NCBI GenBank assembly: GCA_052327205.1
Contig: CM126216.1
Location: 110,794,001-110,858,000 of the forward strand
DNA length: 64,000 nt
Source: Somniosus microcephalus
Lineage: Eukaryota
Direction: 5' to 3'
Under the pieces are notes generated by a model. The model searched no databases and was not told the DNA's origin. It saw only the letters and a program-made list of their open reading frames with translations. Of this stretch, positions 49,941-64,000 are shown one piece after another. Numbering within the stretch: position 1 is the first letter of the stretch; every line of letters begins with the position of its first letter. Made by a program: the position numbers and the translations under genes.

Positions 49941-51739
49941 GTAAGTGATGCTCCATGTGCTTATATCAGTCACCGAGAATTGCCAAACATTAATGTGCGT
50001 AAAGAACAGGTCGCTCCCCCCCCACCACCCCCCGTACTTCAAGTGTTAAGTCCAAATATGCAGGTTCCATAATTAATAATAATTGTAAAAAAAAAACACA
50101 CGTTTAAATTAGCTACCCAGCCAGACTTTCGCCGGCAGTTTCTCGCTTCAGTGTTGTAAGATTGCTGGCATATAACCGTTGTGACTGTCAGACAGGGGCC
50201 GTGTTTGAAGGGGGCTACCAGTTATTTGTTGTCAGTAGATGTCGTGCTAAAGGCCAAACAGAAACGACTCCCTGAATTTACTGACCACTTGAACAGAGAA
50301 AAAAAAAGAATACGCGCGATTCCCTTCCGTTACCTGTGGACCCTAAGAACGCTTTGCTTTTCTGCCTCTCGAACCTCACCACAGAACTGAATCTGCAGCT
50401 TTGCTAGCGCGCGAGTTCTTTGTCCATTTCCAATCACGGCTGCTTTCTATCCGGATATTGATAATATTTAATCTCAGGCATTTGCTCCAAATTTCACACC
50501 CCGCCCCCTCCCCCCCATCCCCCCAAAAATAATCTATTATTTTTGTTTTTGGAAAATACATTAGTTGCGAAAGCAAATTAAAACCGCTCCAAAGTACCAT
50601 CAGAATATCCACTGAGAACGGAAGATGTAACTAAAAGTTCAATATAATGGGATTAATTGAAATGGGATGTGTGTGTGTGTGTGTATGATCGAGTAAGCTG
50701 GTGTGCGAATTGCTGAGGAGATATCATTCGGCTGAAGCCTTTAGTTTGTTTAAAGGTCGCGGCGGGCACTGCGGGCTTTGTGCTAATAACTCCTGGGTGT
50801 ATATGCTGCATAGCATCCAAATTGCCACCATATGTTTTCGTATTAGATGACTCGCAATAGAATACATGGCGCATAATCATTGCCACTGGGCGATTCCCGC
50901 ACGCCCCAGCACAGAGATTAATACAGTGATTAAGATGTACTTTTTTTTAAAGTTCTGTTTGTACGATCTCTTTTAAAAATTAAAACTTGCATGTGGAAGT
51001 ATTGGGGTGGGGGTGGGGGAGGGGGCGGGATGGGGTGCAGTCAAGGCCTGGGCATGTGTGAGTCAGTGTAAGGTACACTGCTTAATGTACACAGAGCCTT
51101 TTGATGGGGAACTCGATACTCCCACACGTCAGTTCTCCAGGTAGCTGAGGCTGACTGTTTCGTTTAAAAGAATCGCACCTTTTGCTGTTGTTTGAGAATG
51201 CCCAGCTCGTTTCAGAACTGATGGCTGTGTGGTATGTGAATTTAATGGATCGTTTTTTTTTAAAAACGATATCATAGTTACAACACTTGTATTTCAAATT
51301 TATGTGAAAATTGTACTTTTGGCTTTCCCCAAAAAAACCTGCATTATTTATCATTAGTTTGATTTTTTTAAATTAATGTCCAGGGCAGGATTAAGGGAGT
51401 TAAAGTGTAATTATGGACTCCTGGTTCTAATCAACGAAGACATTTTAAAGCTTAAAAAGGCTATAAATATGTACTGTATGTGCTTTGTAAAAAAAAAAGT
51501 TCAATGCATGTGATTATTTTATTAAATTTAAATGGCTAGCGTTTTTGCATCTTTAAACAGTGTTGAATTAAGTAGGGCGCGCGTCCCCGGTGTCGTGACC
51601 GCGCCTAGCCCCCCAGGCAACATTAAAATGAAGGCTTCCTTTAAGGGTAATGAGGATAGTGCAAGACCCTATGAATGATATACAAATGCGGACAGAAAGG
51701 GACGTTTTACCATGCTACCATTTGTCGTGACGATGCGAT

Positions 51740-51960
51740 TTTCAAAGTGGAACAGTGTCATAAAGTGACATGCCTGCCACAAGTGTTTGGGACTGATCTT
51801 TTCAATTATCCTTCCGTGCACTATCCAGGGAGACTTCCGCTTATTTCTAGAAATTAAGCTCAAAGTTGACGTGCAGCTAGTTTGATTTTCGAGACAAATG
51901 TCAGCAAGCCTCATCAGATTGCCTCCCCTGCTATATTCGGAGCTTATTTATGGCTAAGTG
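51740..51960 (+). promoter_or_regulatory. Pax6 intron-4 neuroretina (alpha) enhancer
   Basis: GTGTCATAAAGTGACA, GACTGATCTTTTCAATTA, GACTTCCGC, AGAAATTAAGCTCAAA.TTGACGTGCAGCTAGTTT and GACAAATGTCAG, as recalled from the mouse/quail element. Confidence 0.88.
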
Positions 51961-52519
51961 GTTGGGCTTTGTGGAGCCAATTTAGCAGGCGCTCCTCGGG
52001 AGAGGAGAACAGGTTCTCTCCATAAGCCGGGAGCTTCCTCCAGGGACACGGTTACCAGCCTGAGTTTCAGGTTAGGAGTCTCCATACGCTTACAATTACT
52101 GTCCCTTCTCTGGGTGTGTTTTTTTTTTAAGAACGCAAAGAAAATGGCTTGTTTTGGTGCATTGGGGCATCTGTTGTAATTTCGGGAAGATAACGTGTCA
52201 TCGGTAATCTTGGATCCAGTTGAGTTTGCATTGTCAGTTTAAGAGGAATTGATAGTTGCTCGATTAGGCGCTCTCTCGTTCAATTTAGTGAAAATCTTGC
52301 TTGTGTTGGCTTTCTCTGGTTTAATGCAGTGTCCAGGTTGAGTGGTCTGTTGCTTTTCTTTTGGTTAGAGGATTTGTAAGCACACCGACGCTTTCGTTGC
52401 TCGTAAGGTATTCTGTTTTTGATTGGCAGTTTTCGTGTTTAGAGCAAGAGAGCGCGTTTATAGGTCAGTTTTTTTTTTGCAATTGGGATCTCCGGCGGGA
52501 TTAAGGACGGGCGCTGTGA

Positions 52520-53040
<521 letters not shown>

Positions 53041-53150
53041 TTGAAACTTTTTTTTAAAAATAACTTTGGCACGCGCCTGAAATTCTCTTGAAATCGATGC
53101 AATATTGGTCCGTTTCCCATTGCCATTTAAGGTATATTTTTGTATTGTAG

Positions 53151-53192
53151 ACCCATGCTGATGCAAAAGTCCAAGTAGTGGATAATCGAAAA
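53151..53192 (+). CDS. pax6: Pax6 alternative exon 5a
   Basis: 42 bp, TAG|..|GTAAGC; THADAKVQVVDNRK (human THADAKVQVLDNQN). Confidence 0.96.
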
Positions 53193-53323
53193 GTAAGCTC
53201 ACCATTGTTTAACTATATTTATATACCTGTATAAATATATATTATCAAACAAAAAGAGCCATTTTATTTGTAAAACTTTTTTTTGATGTATGTGCTTTCC
53301 TTTTTTTATATATATGCATATAG

Positions 53324-53641
<318 letters not shown>

Positions 53642-54314
53642 TAAACTATATGTGTGATTTCATTAACAAGCAGCGAAGGGGGGGGGGGGTGGGGAATTAA
53701 AAAAAAAACCGTTCTCCCGCAGACGTCGATTTTTCATGAAATTAACATTGCTGGCGAATTTTAACTCATAGATTATGGCCATTTAAGATGGAGTTTAAAT
53801 AAATATTGCCATCTTTCTTCGATGGATAAATATGCAGTGATATGAAGCGAATTTGTTTAAATCCAGCGATAATATAATGATGTTGTAATCCTGGTTGCAG
53901 TGATGATTTGAAAGATTACTCCTGGATTTGGTAGTGATTATTGGAGGAGTGTGAAAAGCTGGCTGTTCACTATTTAACAGTGCAACGCGCGCAATCACTT
54001 GGTGTAGACCCAGTCACAACTTTGTGTTAGTTCATATGTATTAATTAAACCCGATTTTGTGATTGATTTCATTTTGCGCTGCTTATTGATATGAACGCAT
54101 ATATTGTCAAACCTTCACCTATATACTTCACCTATGAGCATTCAGTCGAGACTGAACTACCCTAGTGCCTCATATGAAATGCATTTCATGGATCAATTAG
54201 TATAGATTAGATAACCATAATTCTTGTCTGTTTAACATTAGTTTAGTAGAGGATTAATCGCGCGCGCATTTGTGCATTTCAACATTCAAACTGATCACTT
54301 TAAGGGGCAAGATA

Positions 54315-54634
<320 letters not shown>

Positions 54635-56379
54635 TAACTGGCTGGCGGATAACCCAATGTAGAGCGTTCCTGGATGTGTAGATAGATGGGCAGATATAGT
54701 GATGCTCGGATGTGCGGCTATTCCGGGCAGGTGTTCAGTCAAGTAATCCACACAACTCGTTAAGATGAACTTCTAAGTAAATGACAGGATAAAGATCCAA
54801 TCAAGCAGTTCAGGTGTGCCTGATCCAACCAGCTTTGTATGGTAGAGCATGTTTATCTTTGGCATTTGTTTGTCATCTGTTCTCAGTGCCAAGATTCAGT
54901 GGAGTTCAGATTCCTCTACTGCCACTGCCTCTGTTCTTTTTTTTCGTTCAAGAGGTCAATTTATTGCATTCGACAATTACATTCAGACTAATACCTAAAA
55001 AAAACGGTAAAAACGCTGCAATCATTGTGAGAAGAGAAAGTCAGGGCAAATAGGCAATACATATGAAACCAAAGGATGCATTTTCTATGCGAAGTAACAA
55101 TGGCGCTGTGCACGGCGACCCTTGAAAGAATTTTTTTGCTCCATTTCAAGGTTTAATTCGAGTCAGACCTTTTTTTGAACACTGAAACCGTCCAACCCGT
55201 ATAGCGGGCAAATCACGTAATCACAAGCGTGCCCGCTATAAGCGGCGGGGACTTTATCGGCGCTATACCGGCCAACAACAACTTGCATTTAAATTGCGCC
55301 TTTAACGGAGGGAACCCGTCCCCAGGTGCTTAGCAGATTAACAGCTTGTTCCGTTCAGGTGAATTGCTCAAATCATCCCGCTCATGCGGCCCTGTTGTAT
55401 CCTCCCATCTCCAAGTTCAGACAACAACTAGATAAATTCATGCGCGGGATTGTTACATTGCTCCGATACTCTACAATCAGAGCGGGTATGGCGCCAGTGT
55501 TATTTCCATTCAATTGGCCAAAGCATTGCTTCCACTGTCCTAATTTTTAAAAATAACGATATTACTCATTATACACACCTACAAATTCAGAATGAAACTT
55601 AATAATTACGTTGAATGCTAATATAAAGGGTCTAGTTTAGCATCTTAAGTTTCACCCTTTTATATTTCAATGGCTAAACATCACCTGCAATTAAAAACAA
55701 GCTTAAACTGTGCAACAGCGCTGATCGTAAGTCGGAAAATCGCATCATTGTTGTAAATAGTGCGGCCTTTATCGACCCCTCGGGAGAACAGTGAATGTAA
55801 ACGGGTTAAACGGCGCAATGAAACAGTCAGTTGCAAAGCCCCAGAGAGGTATGTAGAAAGTATTAATTCTTGAAAAATACATTCTGATCATTGGTAAATG
55901 TTTTTTTTCCCCTTGATCACTTTGCCTGAAGGTTAGGGGAGGCTGAAAATATAGTTAGCAAGAGCAAGCGAAAGGATGCCTAGTGCAAATTAAGTGACCA
56001 TTTCTGTTAACTACACAACCACTCTGTTGACAGCACAGGAACCACACAACTCAGAACACAAACAACCCCCGGGCCAGTCATTCTGGAGAATAAATTGAAA
56101 TACATATCTAGTTTTTTTTTAAAAACCTACAGTGCTTGATATAATTCTATTCTTTGAAGTAAACCATATTCCAATATTTGAGTAACCTTACAAGAACACA
56201 GGTGGAAGTGGTTCTAAGACCTTACATTATTATAGATAACCTTCTTCGCCTTGATGTCAACTGACGAGCTGACGTTGTTCATGTTTAAGGTTTAGCCCCT
56301 GTTTATTATCGCGATAGCAGCGAGATAGTTTGCAGTGTAATTGGATGTGATGTTACTGGCTGGGGTGGGGGGGGTGGGG

Positions 56380-56640
56380 GAGAGAATGGCGAGTGAATCA
56401 TTTTCTGTATCCTGTGTGTCATTAGTGAGCCTGTGCGTGACAGTCATCAGCCTGGGGAGGAGGTGTCCCGTCTACAACCTGCTTTTTGTTCGCAGAATCA
56501 GCAACAGTGTGCGGAATATATTGTACAAAGGATGTTTCTGCCACACGCAAGAATTTGTTATGGGAACAATTCTGTCGCTATGTAATTGCTCATTAGAGAG
56601 CGTTTTGTTTCTCATTAAGCAACATGAATAAGCGTCTAGT
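56380..56640. promoter_or_regulatory. Putative intron-7 conserved element (7CE1-like)
   Basis: Motif-dense unique block (TGTCATTAG, TGACAGTCA, TAATTGCTCATTAG); position in intron 7. Confidence 0.45.
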
Positions 56641-57949
56641 TCTAGGAGACAGCTGTAGAAATGTTACACATGAGACCCCTGGACACCATATCGCACCACT
56701 TGCCAATTAGACATGTCAGCTTTCTGAGAAGCAAACAATATAAGAAGGGCACTAGAAAGATACACAGCAGCGCATTGCTTTCTGTAAAATATCCCCAGCT
56801 TGTTATAGCACTCTTAATGAAGCCATCGACACAACGAACAACGAGTGTATTGCAACACAAGGGCGCTTCAACAGTCCAGAGTCCAAACTTCTAAACAACT
56901 TTAACTCGCCACTCATCAGAGTAAGAGGACAAATAAACCTGAGAATGCAACCATTGCTGAGAGGCTGGGTAGCCGAGTCATTGAGTGTGAAAGTACAGTC
57001 GTTTCCTTCTGGTGCCTTGAATAGATCTATATATGAAGTGTAGGGAGACACCAATATTAACTAAATAGCTGACATTTGCATCCAATGTTATTATTTCAAA
57101 ATCGTGTGTTTTTTTTTAAATTTCGATTTTATTGTACTTACTGTACAGCCCGCTGTGAATTATATGTGCGAATACAAGAGGTCACTGGGCTGGTGTAATT
57201 TGAATATATTGTTGGATAAGGTGATTATAACTTTTTTAAAAGAAAAAATATACTTTGTTATTGCAATTGCTTTAATGTAAAAAGACGAGCCAAATTTTAT
57301 TTCTGCTATAGGTCAAGATTTAAATAACGGAGAAAAATCATTTCAATATTTCATTTCATTCTATGCTGTTTTTAAGAGCAGGGCTTGGGCCTGGTTCGTT
57401 TGGGCTAGAAACCCGAAGTGACTGTTGAGGCTGTCTAGATATTTTAGGTGAATTGTGTTGATTGGAATCCCTAGGGATAGCGAGGGAAATCCAAACTTGT
57501 TTACGGCAATTACATGGTAATGATGTCGGTGGAGGTGGGATTTACTTGACAGTTGCTTTGAGTGGTTAGGACCGTGCACGCCGCGGGCGGAATCATGTCG
57601 AGCTTTGAGTGCTCTACATTCGGACCCTTGATCGTTGTTTAATAAATACACACAGTCTCCGCCAGACCTTAATGAGCAACTGTCAATGCGGGCCTTAAAA
57701 AATACTGTACACTGCTTGGGAACACACACAACAAATGTCTTCAGAGCAACAAATGTTTACAGACACGGCATTGTAGGATCAAACAGAGGTCATTCGGCCC
57801 ATCGTGCCGGAGCCTGTGCTCTCCAATTGGTCCCACTCACCCACCCTTTCTCCACAGCCCTGTAAATGTTGCCTTTTCAATCGTGCTTCTTGCTAACTCT
57901 ATTTTGAACAATAGAATGTGCGCAATATTACGCTGCTATCAACAGCACT

Positions 57950-58130
57950 AAAACATTATCTGGCCATCATCACACTGCTGTTTGTGGGAGCTTGCTGTGC
58001 GCGAATTGGCTGCCACGTGTCTAACATTATAAGAGTGACTGCACTTCAAAAAGTGCTTCATTGGCTGTGAAAGGGCTCTGGGACGTCCCGAGGACGTGAA
58101 CGGCGCTATAGAAATGCAAGTCGTTCTTTG
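57950..58130 (+). mobile_element. Deu-core SINE 3' fragment
   Basis: Matches 10380-10530. Confidence 0.75.
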
Positions 58131-58144
58131 ACTGTATTCAATTT

Positions 58145-58480
58145 ACCTTCACCTGATCATGAAATGTAATCATTTCTTTCACGTGAAACAGTGGGGTTGT
58201 TTTACCAATTGATAGCCGTGTTGTATCTGAACAGTTTTCAGCAGCAATGCCTTTATATCATCTGTTTCTGAAGTCATTTCTAAATCGAAACAATTTATAA
58301 TTTAGGCGGAGTTATAGCAGATTTAAAGTCAAACAGCTTAAAAAAAAATCTCAACCTTAATCTCATTATCAATTCCGGCCATTAACTTTCCTTCTTCATG
58401 GACAGATTGTAACACCGATAGCAATCGTGTAATCACAATTGCCTCTGTTACATAGTCCTGGAAAGATCACAAGGAAAGTT
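58145..58480. promoter_or_regulatory. Putative intron-7 conserved element (7CE2-like)
   Basis: Motif-dense unique block; conservation not tested. Confidence 0.4.
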
Positions 58481-61399
58481 TGAATCTCCTCTTACCTGCG
58501 TCTAAAATTGCACTGAAATAAACAAAATATACAAAAATGTAAACATTTTAGCCAATAAAAAAATACGAAGTCATTTCGTTTCGTTTTATGTTTATTGAAT
58601 ATTTTATACTCTGGCCAGCTGACTCTGGCTGCATTTCGAAGTGATCTGAATTTGTACAGCACTTGGTTAGAAATCGAGTGTGTTACCTCTGAATGCCAGA
58701 CGCCGTGTCAATGAGCAATGTGCAACACGTTAAGAATCAGACAGTAAAAAATACACCGTATTAAAATGACATTTTTCGCCACAGGTTGAGGTGAATAAAA
58801 CGCAAATAAACTATTAAAGGAAGCCAAACTGAGTTCTGGGGCTTTCTCTGTTAACGTTTTATTTCAATTAGCATTAAAAAAAATTCATGCAAGCGAGATT
58901 ATTGGAAATAGGAGAAAGTCTCATTTAATATCTCGTTTAAAACACACGGAATAATATGAGGAGGCAGTGATTGGTTTAAAATCCAAGTTCGAACGACTGC
59001 TCCTCTCTATCTAACTGGTCTCTAAGTCTTTGTATCTTTGACCGATAAAGCGAAGTTGCGCAGATGTGTGTCCCAAATAATAAGCGGGACCCCTTTTCGA
59101 ATGTCCACACTGCTTCTTAATGCTGCCCCCACCTCGTGCCCGGGATGTTTGAGCAGATTTTTAAAAGTCCATTACTCGAAGCACAAGTCAGGGTTAGGTC
59201 TCATCGGGGGGAATATGGTTTCAAGCTGATTCATGTCAACCAGCAGTGGAAAAAAAATAATGTGACAATAGTCTAAGAGAGACATCTCTATCAACCCTAC
59301 CCTTCAATCAGGGGAGTGGGACATTCTCCAGCGAATTAGGGTTTAAGGATCGCTGTGACAGGTTTTTTTCTTATCTTTTTTTCCCTATAGGGCTAAAGCC
59401 TTCTATAGGATTTAGACACTTTCCCTTTCACAAGGTTTATAGTGAAGGGCAGAGTGTTTCTCATCTGAGCCGGAGCGCTGAAAAGTGCCGCAATTGGTTT
59501 GCTATCTCCTTGCTTGTTTTCCGCGTGAATGATTAAGACACTAAGAAACTAAGGAATTATTTTATTTCCCAGCGCCTTATTGTAGACAACAAATCCTAAC
59601 GCCAGCGTCAGTGGGTCTGGCTGTGGGATAATAGGACACACATTTATCCTTCTTTTTACGGATTAACTCTCAGGAGTAACAGCACCAGGGACCGGGGTAT
59701 TCAATTGGTTCTTTAGGAGATTTCAAAACGCCCTCCCCCTAAAAGAGGCATAAAAGAAAGATAACTGAATTGTCTGTCGTTTGGTGTGTGTGTGTGTGTT
59801 TTTAATTCCTGTACCCCCTTTATATCAAAGACAACCAGGAATAATAGGGTTGAGGCAGTTGACAACATTGTTAGGTCTCCGTTCACCTGTATTCAAATAT
59901 AGTAGAAGGTTGAACGTGGGATGTTTCAGAACAGAACTGTACATTTACTTCATGTCGTCTCTTGTTAAACGTAGTTTTAAAACGCAAGATGCAAGAGTCA
60001 ATATTGTATTCAATTTGGACTAACGGTTGGGAGCGCTCCGCATCACTTTTTTTCATTTGAAGTTTAACAGCAGGGTTTGATGATTTATTCACCTTAATTT
60101 ACGATTGGGTACCGTGCACTGTTCGTTTACAGAGAGAACTGAGAGCTTGCGTATGCGGTTCGAAACAGGTCAGGAAAGAAGCGCTCGGGAATGTAGCCAC
60201 GACATGTACGAGAATGATTGGGGACAGCGAATACTCCTCGAATAGACAATCGGGCATTTGGGGAAAGTGGTTAGGAATTCGTTGAAGGACAGAATTGTGC
60301 TCCACTTCTGGCAGTCGGCTGAATAGAAAAGAAAAGCAAATAGCTCAAGATGTTATCATTTAATTCGGGCTTTCGATCAAGTGCAGGAAAAGAAAAAAAC
60401 GTACGGGTTGCAAATTCGCCCTCCAAAATTGTACACTTTGGAGGCCGACCATGTTAAAGGTAGAAACAATGAATGGAGATAACTGCATCGACGCAAATAT
60501 TAGCTTGAGTCTTCAAAAAGCCATGCAGTGACATAGGTTCGCTGTGGACAAGAGTGTAATGGAATGTGCTGACTCCAGCCGGGTAGTTTGCAGTCTACAG
60601 CAAGCGAGCTCAACACATGGCAAAATCATGTTTTAAAGGGGAACCATTGCAACACCAATCCGTGTGAAGATTTGAATGTTCTAATCTTAGCTAAGTGAGA
60701 TTTTTCTTTTTCCCGTTGAGTACACAGGTCAGTGCATAGAGCCCCATTCACACTGCTCCTGCCCATTCTCCTCCTATAGAATGTATAAGCCTAAATGGCG
60801 TTGGACAGTCCAACTCACAGGACAGTGATTAATGATAGCGTCGCACAAAGGTTAACATACTTCAGTGAAAAGTCTGTTGACTGTGATCCTTGTGCGACAA
60901 TGTGGAGCACTGCCCGCCTGAAGAGAATCCTTTTGTTGCCTTCCCGCGATAACCAGCGATTGTATTCTCAAAATTCTGCCCACGAAAATTTGCCAACCTT
61001 CTGGCCCGGGACTTTAATAGTTTCCGTCTTCTGCTGGCATTGTGCGCCTGAAAGGCTATTCAAGTGTTGGCGGCCACGGCAATAGACATAAAAAAAACGC
61101 CCATATGGTGGTCAGAAACATAGACAAAAAAATCTCCAGTTTAAGGGAAATTCCTTAATCTTCAGAGTGTAGCTTTGCCAGATTTCTGTAAATTCCTAAT
61201 AGGCCACTTTTAAAATACAAGTAGAACAGAACCAGATCATTCTTATTAATTAGCAATTATCTGGATAAAGAAATCGGGGGGGGGGGGTGATATGGTAAAG
61301 CATTGATTTCGATGGACACAAAAATTCTCATTGGGTTTCGACCCGAATCGCGCTTTAAAAGGATTCGATCAACCATGAATCATATGAAAATTGTTATCT

Positions 61400-61800
61400 C
61401 ATAAACCTTGCAAAAATGTCACTGAGTAGTAATATTGACAGATGTTTGCAGGATTGTGCCTGCATTGTTGCAGGAGTTTACTAATATGGAGTATGTGCTG
61501 ACAGTTACTCTTGTTTTAGTTGTTCAGCCATTCAATATAGCTCTGCCCTATTCGAGGCAAATATGAATCTGGATAATCGACTCTGCCTCGGTTAACCAGA
61601 GTGTTAAGGCATCAGCTCTGGATTTATTACAGCACTCGTCACAAATTCTGTTCCTTTTTTTTTAAAGTACTTATGTATCACAAGTAGTGAATAGTGGTTT
61701 CTTCTAAATATAAGAAAATTATAGGCTGTTATTACTGATGATATAATTGCACCCATGCTCAGCAACAAGAGGCCAAGATTATGAGCTTTCATGTAACGTT
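61400..61800. promoter_or_regulatory. Putative intron-7 conserved element (7CE3-like)
   Basis: TGACAG, GGATAATC, GGATTTA and ATAATTG motifs upstream of exon 8; conservation not tested. Confidence 0.4.
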
Positions 61801-62868
61801 CTCGTTAAAGCAACGAATGGAGAAAGTCTGGAGTTTGAGCTTCTGGAATGTACAGTCTATAAAGTTAGTAAGTAACTTGGCAGGGAAGGATTTCATTAGA
61901 ATAACTGCAATAGGAAACACAGACCAATTACTAGGAATAAATAGGAGTGAAGAGGAAATTCTAGGGTCACCCTCGTACTATAGATGCACGTTTCAAGTCG
62001 TTGCTTGCAGAGAATCTGAATAGTGCAATGGTTAGATCGGAGTTAGACTGTTGAGCGTAGCAACAAATGACTTCTGCACTGACATTTAATGCTATGCAGA
62101 TTAGCTTTCGCCTAACACCAAAGAACATTCTGTGCTAAATTTAGTAAGTTGTTAGAAGGTCCAAAATAGCCTGGCTATTTTTAAAACGTGACTTTGCACT
62201 GAGCTGGCGTTGCACTACAGTGAGCCTACCTGCTCCAAGTGGTTTCACACCTGGCTGTAGTAATCAGATGGCATATTGGCCCAGGAGAATACTGCCGGCT
62301 CCCATCCAGGTCCATCCTGGTACAAAGGCACTGAAGCCCCAAGAAGCATGGCCCATTCTATATGAATGCTTGAAGTTTCAGTATCCCCTTCGTATCTTTC
62401 AATTTCAGGTCACTTTCATAAAGGGCAAATCCAATCAGCGATTCGTTTTTTTGGTTAATTGAGAATTGCATAGAATACAATAGCACAGAGACAAGGGCAT
62501 TCGGCCCAACCAGTCTATGCTGGTAGAGAGAATGGCCGGTCGTTGGGGGTTGGGGTGAATATAATGAGGTACAATTAAAATAAATTAATGGGGGGGGGGA
62601 TTGAATGATTTCAAGATATTCAAACACGTTGAGCTTTTATACCTTTAAATGTAGATTAAAAGAACAATAGGGGAAGGGGTTGCATTATTAAATCACGGTT
62701 GTATTTTGAACAGACTGCACAGTTATAGCTTGAGATGCAAATGTCATTTGAGAAATGCTTTTATTCGGGCACAGTCGCGAAGGAAGCTGTTGATTGTGCT
62801 CCGTTACTAAGACACATATTCCCACTGACCACGCGCTGTAGCCCGTTAAGAAAGCCGAGTGGCTTTAA

Positions 62869-63060
<192 letters not shown>

Positions 63061-63062
63061 AA

Positions 63063-63363
63063 NNNNNNNNNNNNNNNNNNNNNNNNNNNNNNNNNNNNNN
63101 NNNNNNNNNNNNNNNNNNNNNNNNNNNNNNNNNNNNNNNNNNNNNNNNNNNNNNNNNNNNNNNNNNNNNNNNNNNNNNNNNNNNNNNNNNNNNNNNNNNN
63201 NNNNNNNNNNNNNNNNNNNNNNNNNNNNNNNNNNNNNNNNNNNNNNNNNNNNNNNNNNNNNNNNNNNNNNNNNNNNNNNNNNNNNNNNNNNNNNNNNNNN
63301 NNNNNNNNNNNNNNNNNNNNNNNNNNNNNNNNNNNNNNNNNNNNNNNNNNNNNNNNNNNNNNN
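63063..63363. other. Assembly gap (301 N)
   Basis: Run of N. Confidence 1.
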
Positions 63364-64000
63364 TCTATGCGGATGACCTGGTTCTGCTGTCTCCCACAGA
63401 ACAGGGATTACAGCAACAACTAGACCTACTCGACAAATACTACCAAAATTGGGCCCTAACAGTAAATCTAAAGAAAACCAACATCATGATTTTTCAAAAA
63501 AGGCCCAGGTGTCAGGAAAACAAATACCAGTTTACTCTCAGTGATACCATCATAGGACACACTATGAGCTACACTTACCTTGGTCTAACCATTACAGCAT
63601 CAGGGAGCTTCAGCATAGCAGTGAATGCACTAAAAGAAAAAGCCCGAAGAGCCCTATATGCAATAAAAAGAAAATTCTACAACATCCAAATCCCAATCAA
63701 AATCTGGCTCAAAATATTTGACAGCATAATCGTGCCCATTGCGCTGTACGGTAGTGAAGTATGGGGCCCACTCAATCACCATAGCTACACTAAATGGGAA
63801 AAACACACAATAGAAGCCCTACATGCAGAATTTTGCCGAAGCATTCTTCGCACCCAAAGGAAAACACCAACAAATGCATGCAGAGCCGAACTAGGCAGAT
63901 ACCCACTGATAATAAACATCCACAAATGAGCACTAAACTTCCTAAATCACCTCAAATCTAGCTCCCCAGACACCCTTCATTTTAAAGCCTTCCAGACCCA
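63364..64000 (+). mobile_element. Non-LTR retrotransposon RT C-terminal fragment (RTE-X-like)
   Basis: YADDLVLLS from 63366, in frame with VNLKKTNIMIF, YTYLG, PIALYGSEVWG and CRAELGRYPL; in-frame TGA at 63927-63929. Confidence 0.85.

Overview
Vertebrate genomic DNA, almost certainly from a cartilaginous fish (shark-type CR1, L2 and Deu-core SINE families, plus the exon 5a variant THADAKVQVVDNRK). It holds the 5' two-thirds of a Pax6 gene (Pax6.1-like) on the + strand: P0 and P1 promoters, non-coding exons 0-3, coding exons 4, 5, 5a, 6, 7 and 8, and recognisable pancreas, ectodermal and intron-4 retinal enhancers. A 301-N gap follows 4 nt after exon 8, and then a LINE fragment. The upstream 30 kb is rich in transposons. 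It includes a complete 4573-bp PIF/Harbinger transposon (perfect 16-bp TIRs, TAG target duplication, spliced Myb/SANT gene plus convergent DDE transposase), a second degenerate Harbinger, two closely related CR1 copies, many L2 and SINE fragments, a 5S-rRNA-derived SINE, and a short repeat with a minimal hammerhead ribozyme core. Most notable: a tandem duplicate of the exon 5a splice acceptor that would make a poison exon, a 5'UTR uORF whose outcome depends on a GC-donor exon 3, the near-intact Harbinger, and the hammerhead motif. All comparisons to human, mouse or zebrafish sequence are from memory, not from alignments, and repeat boundaries are approximate.
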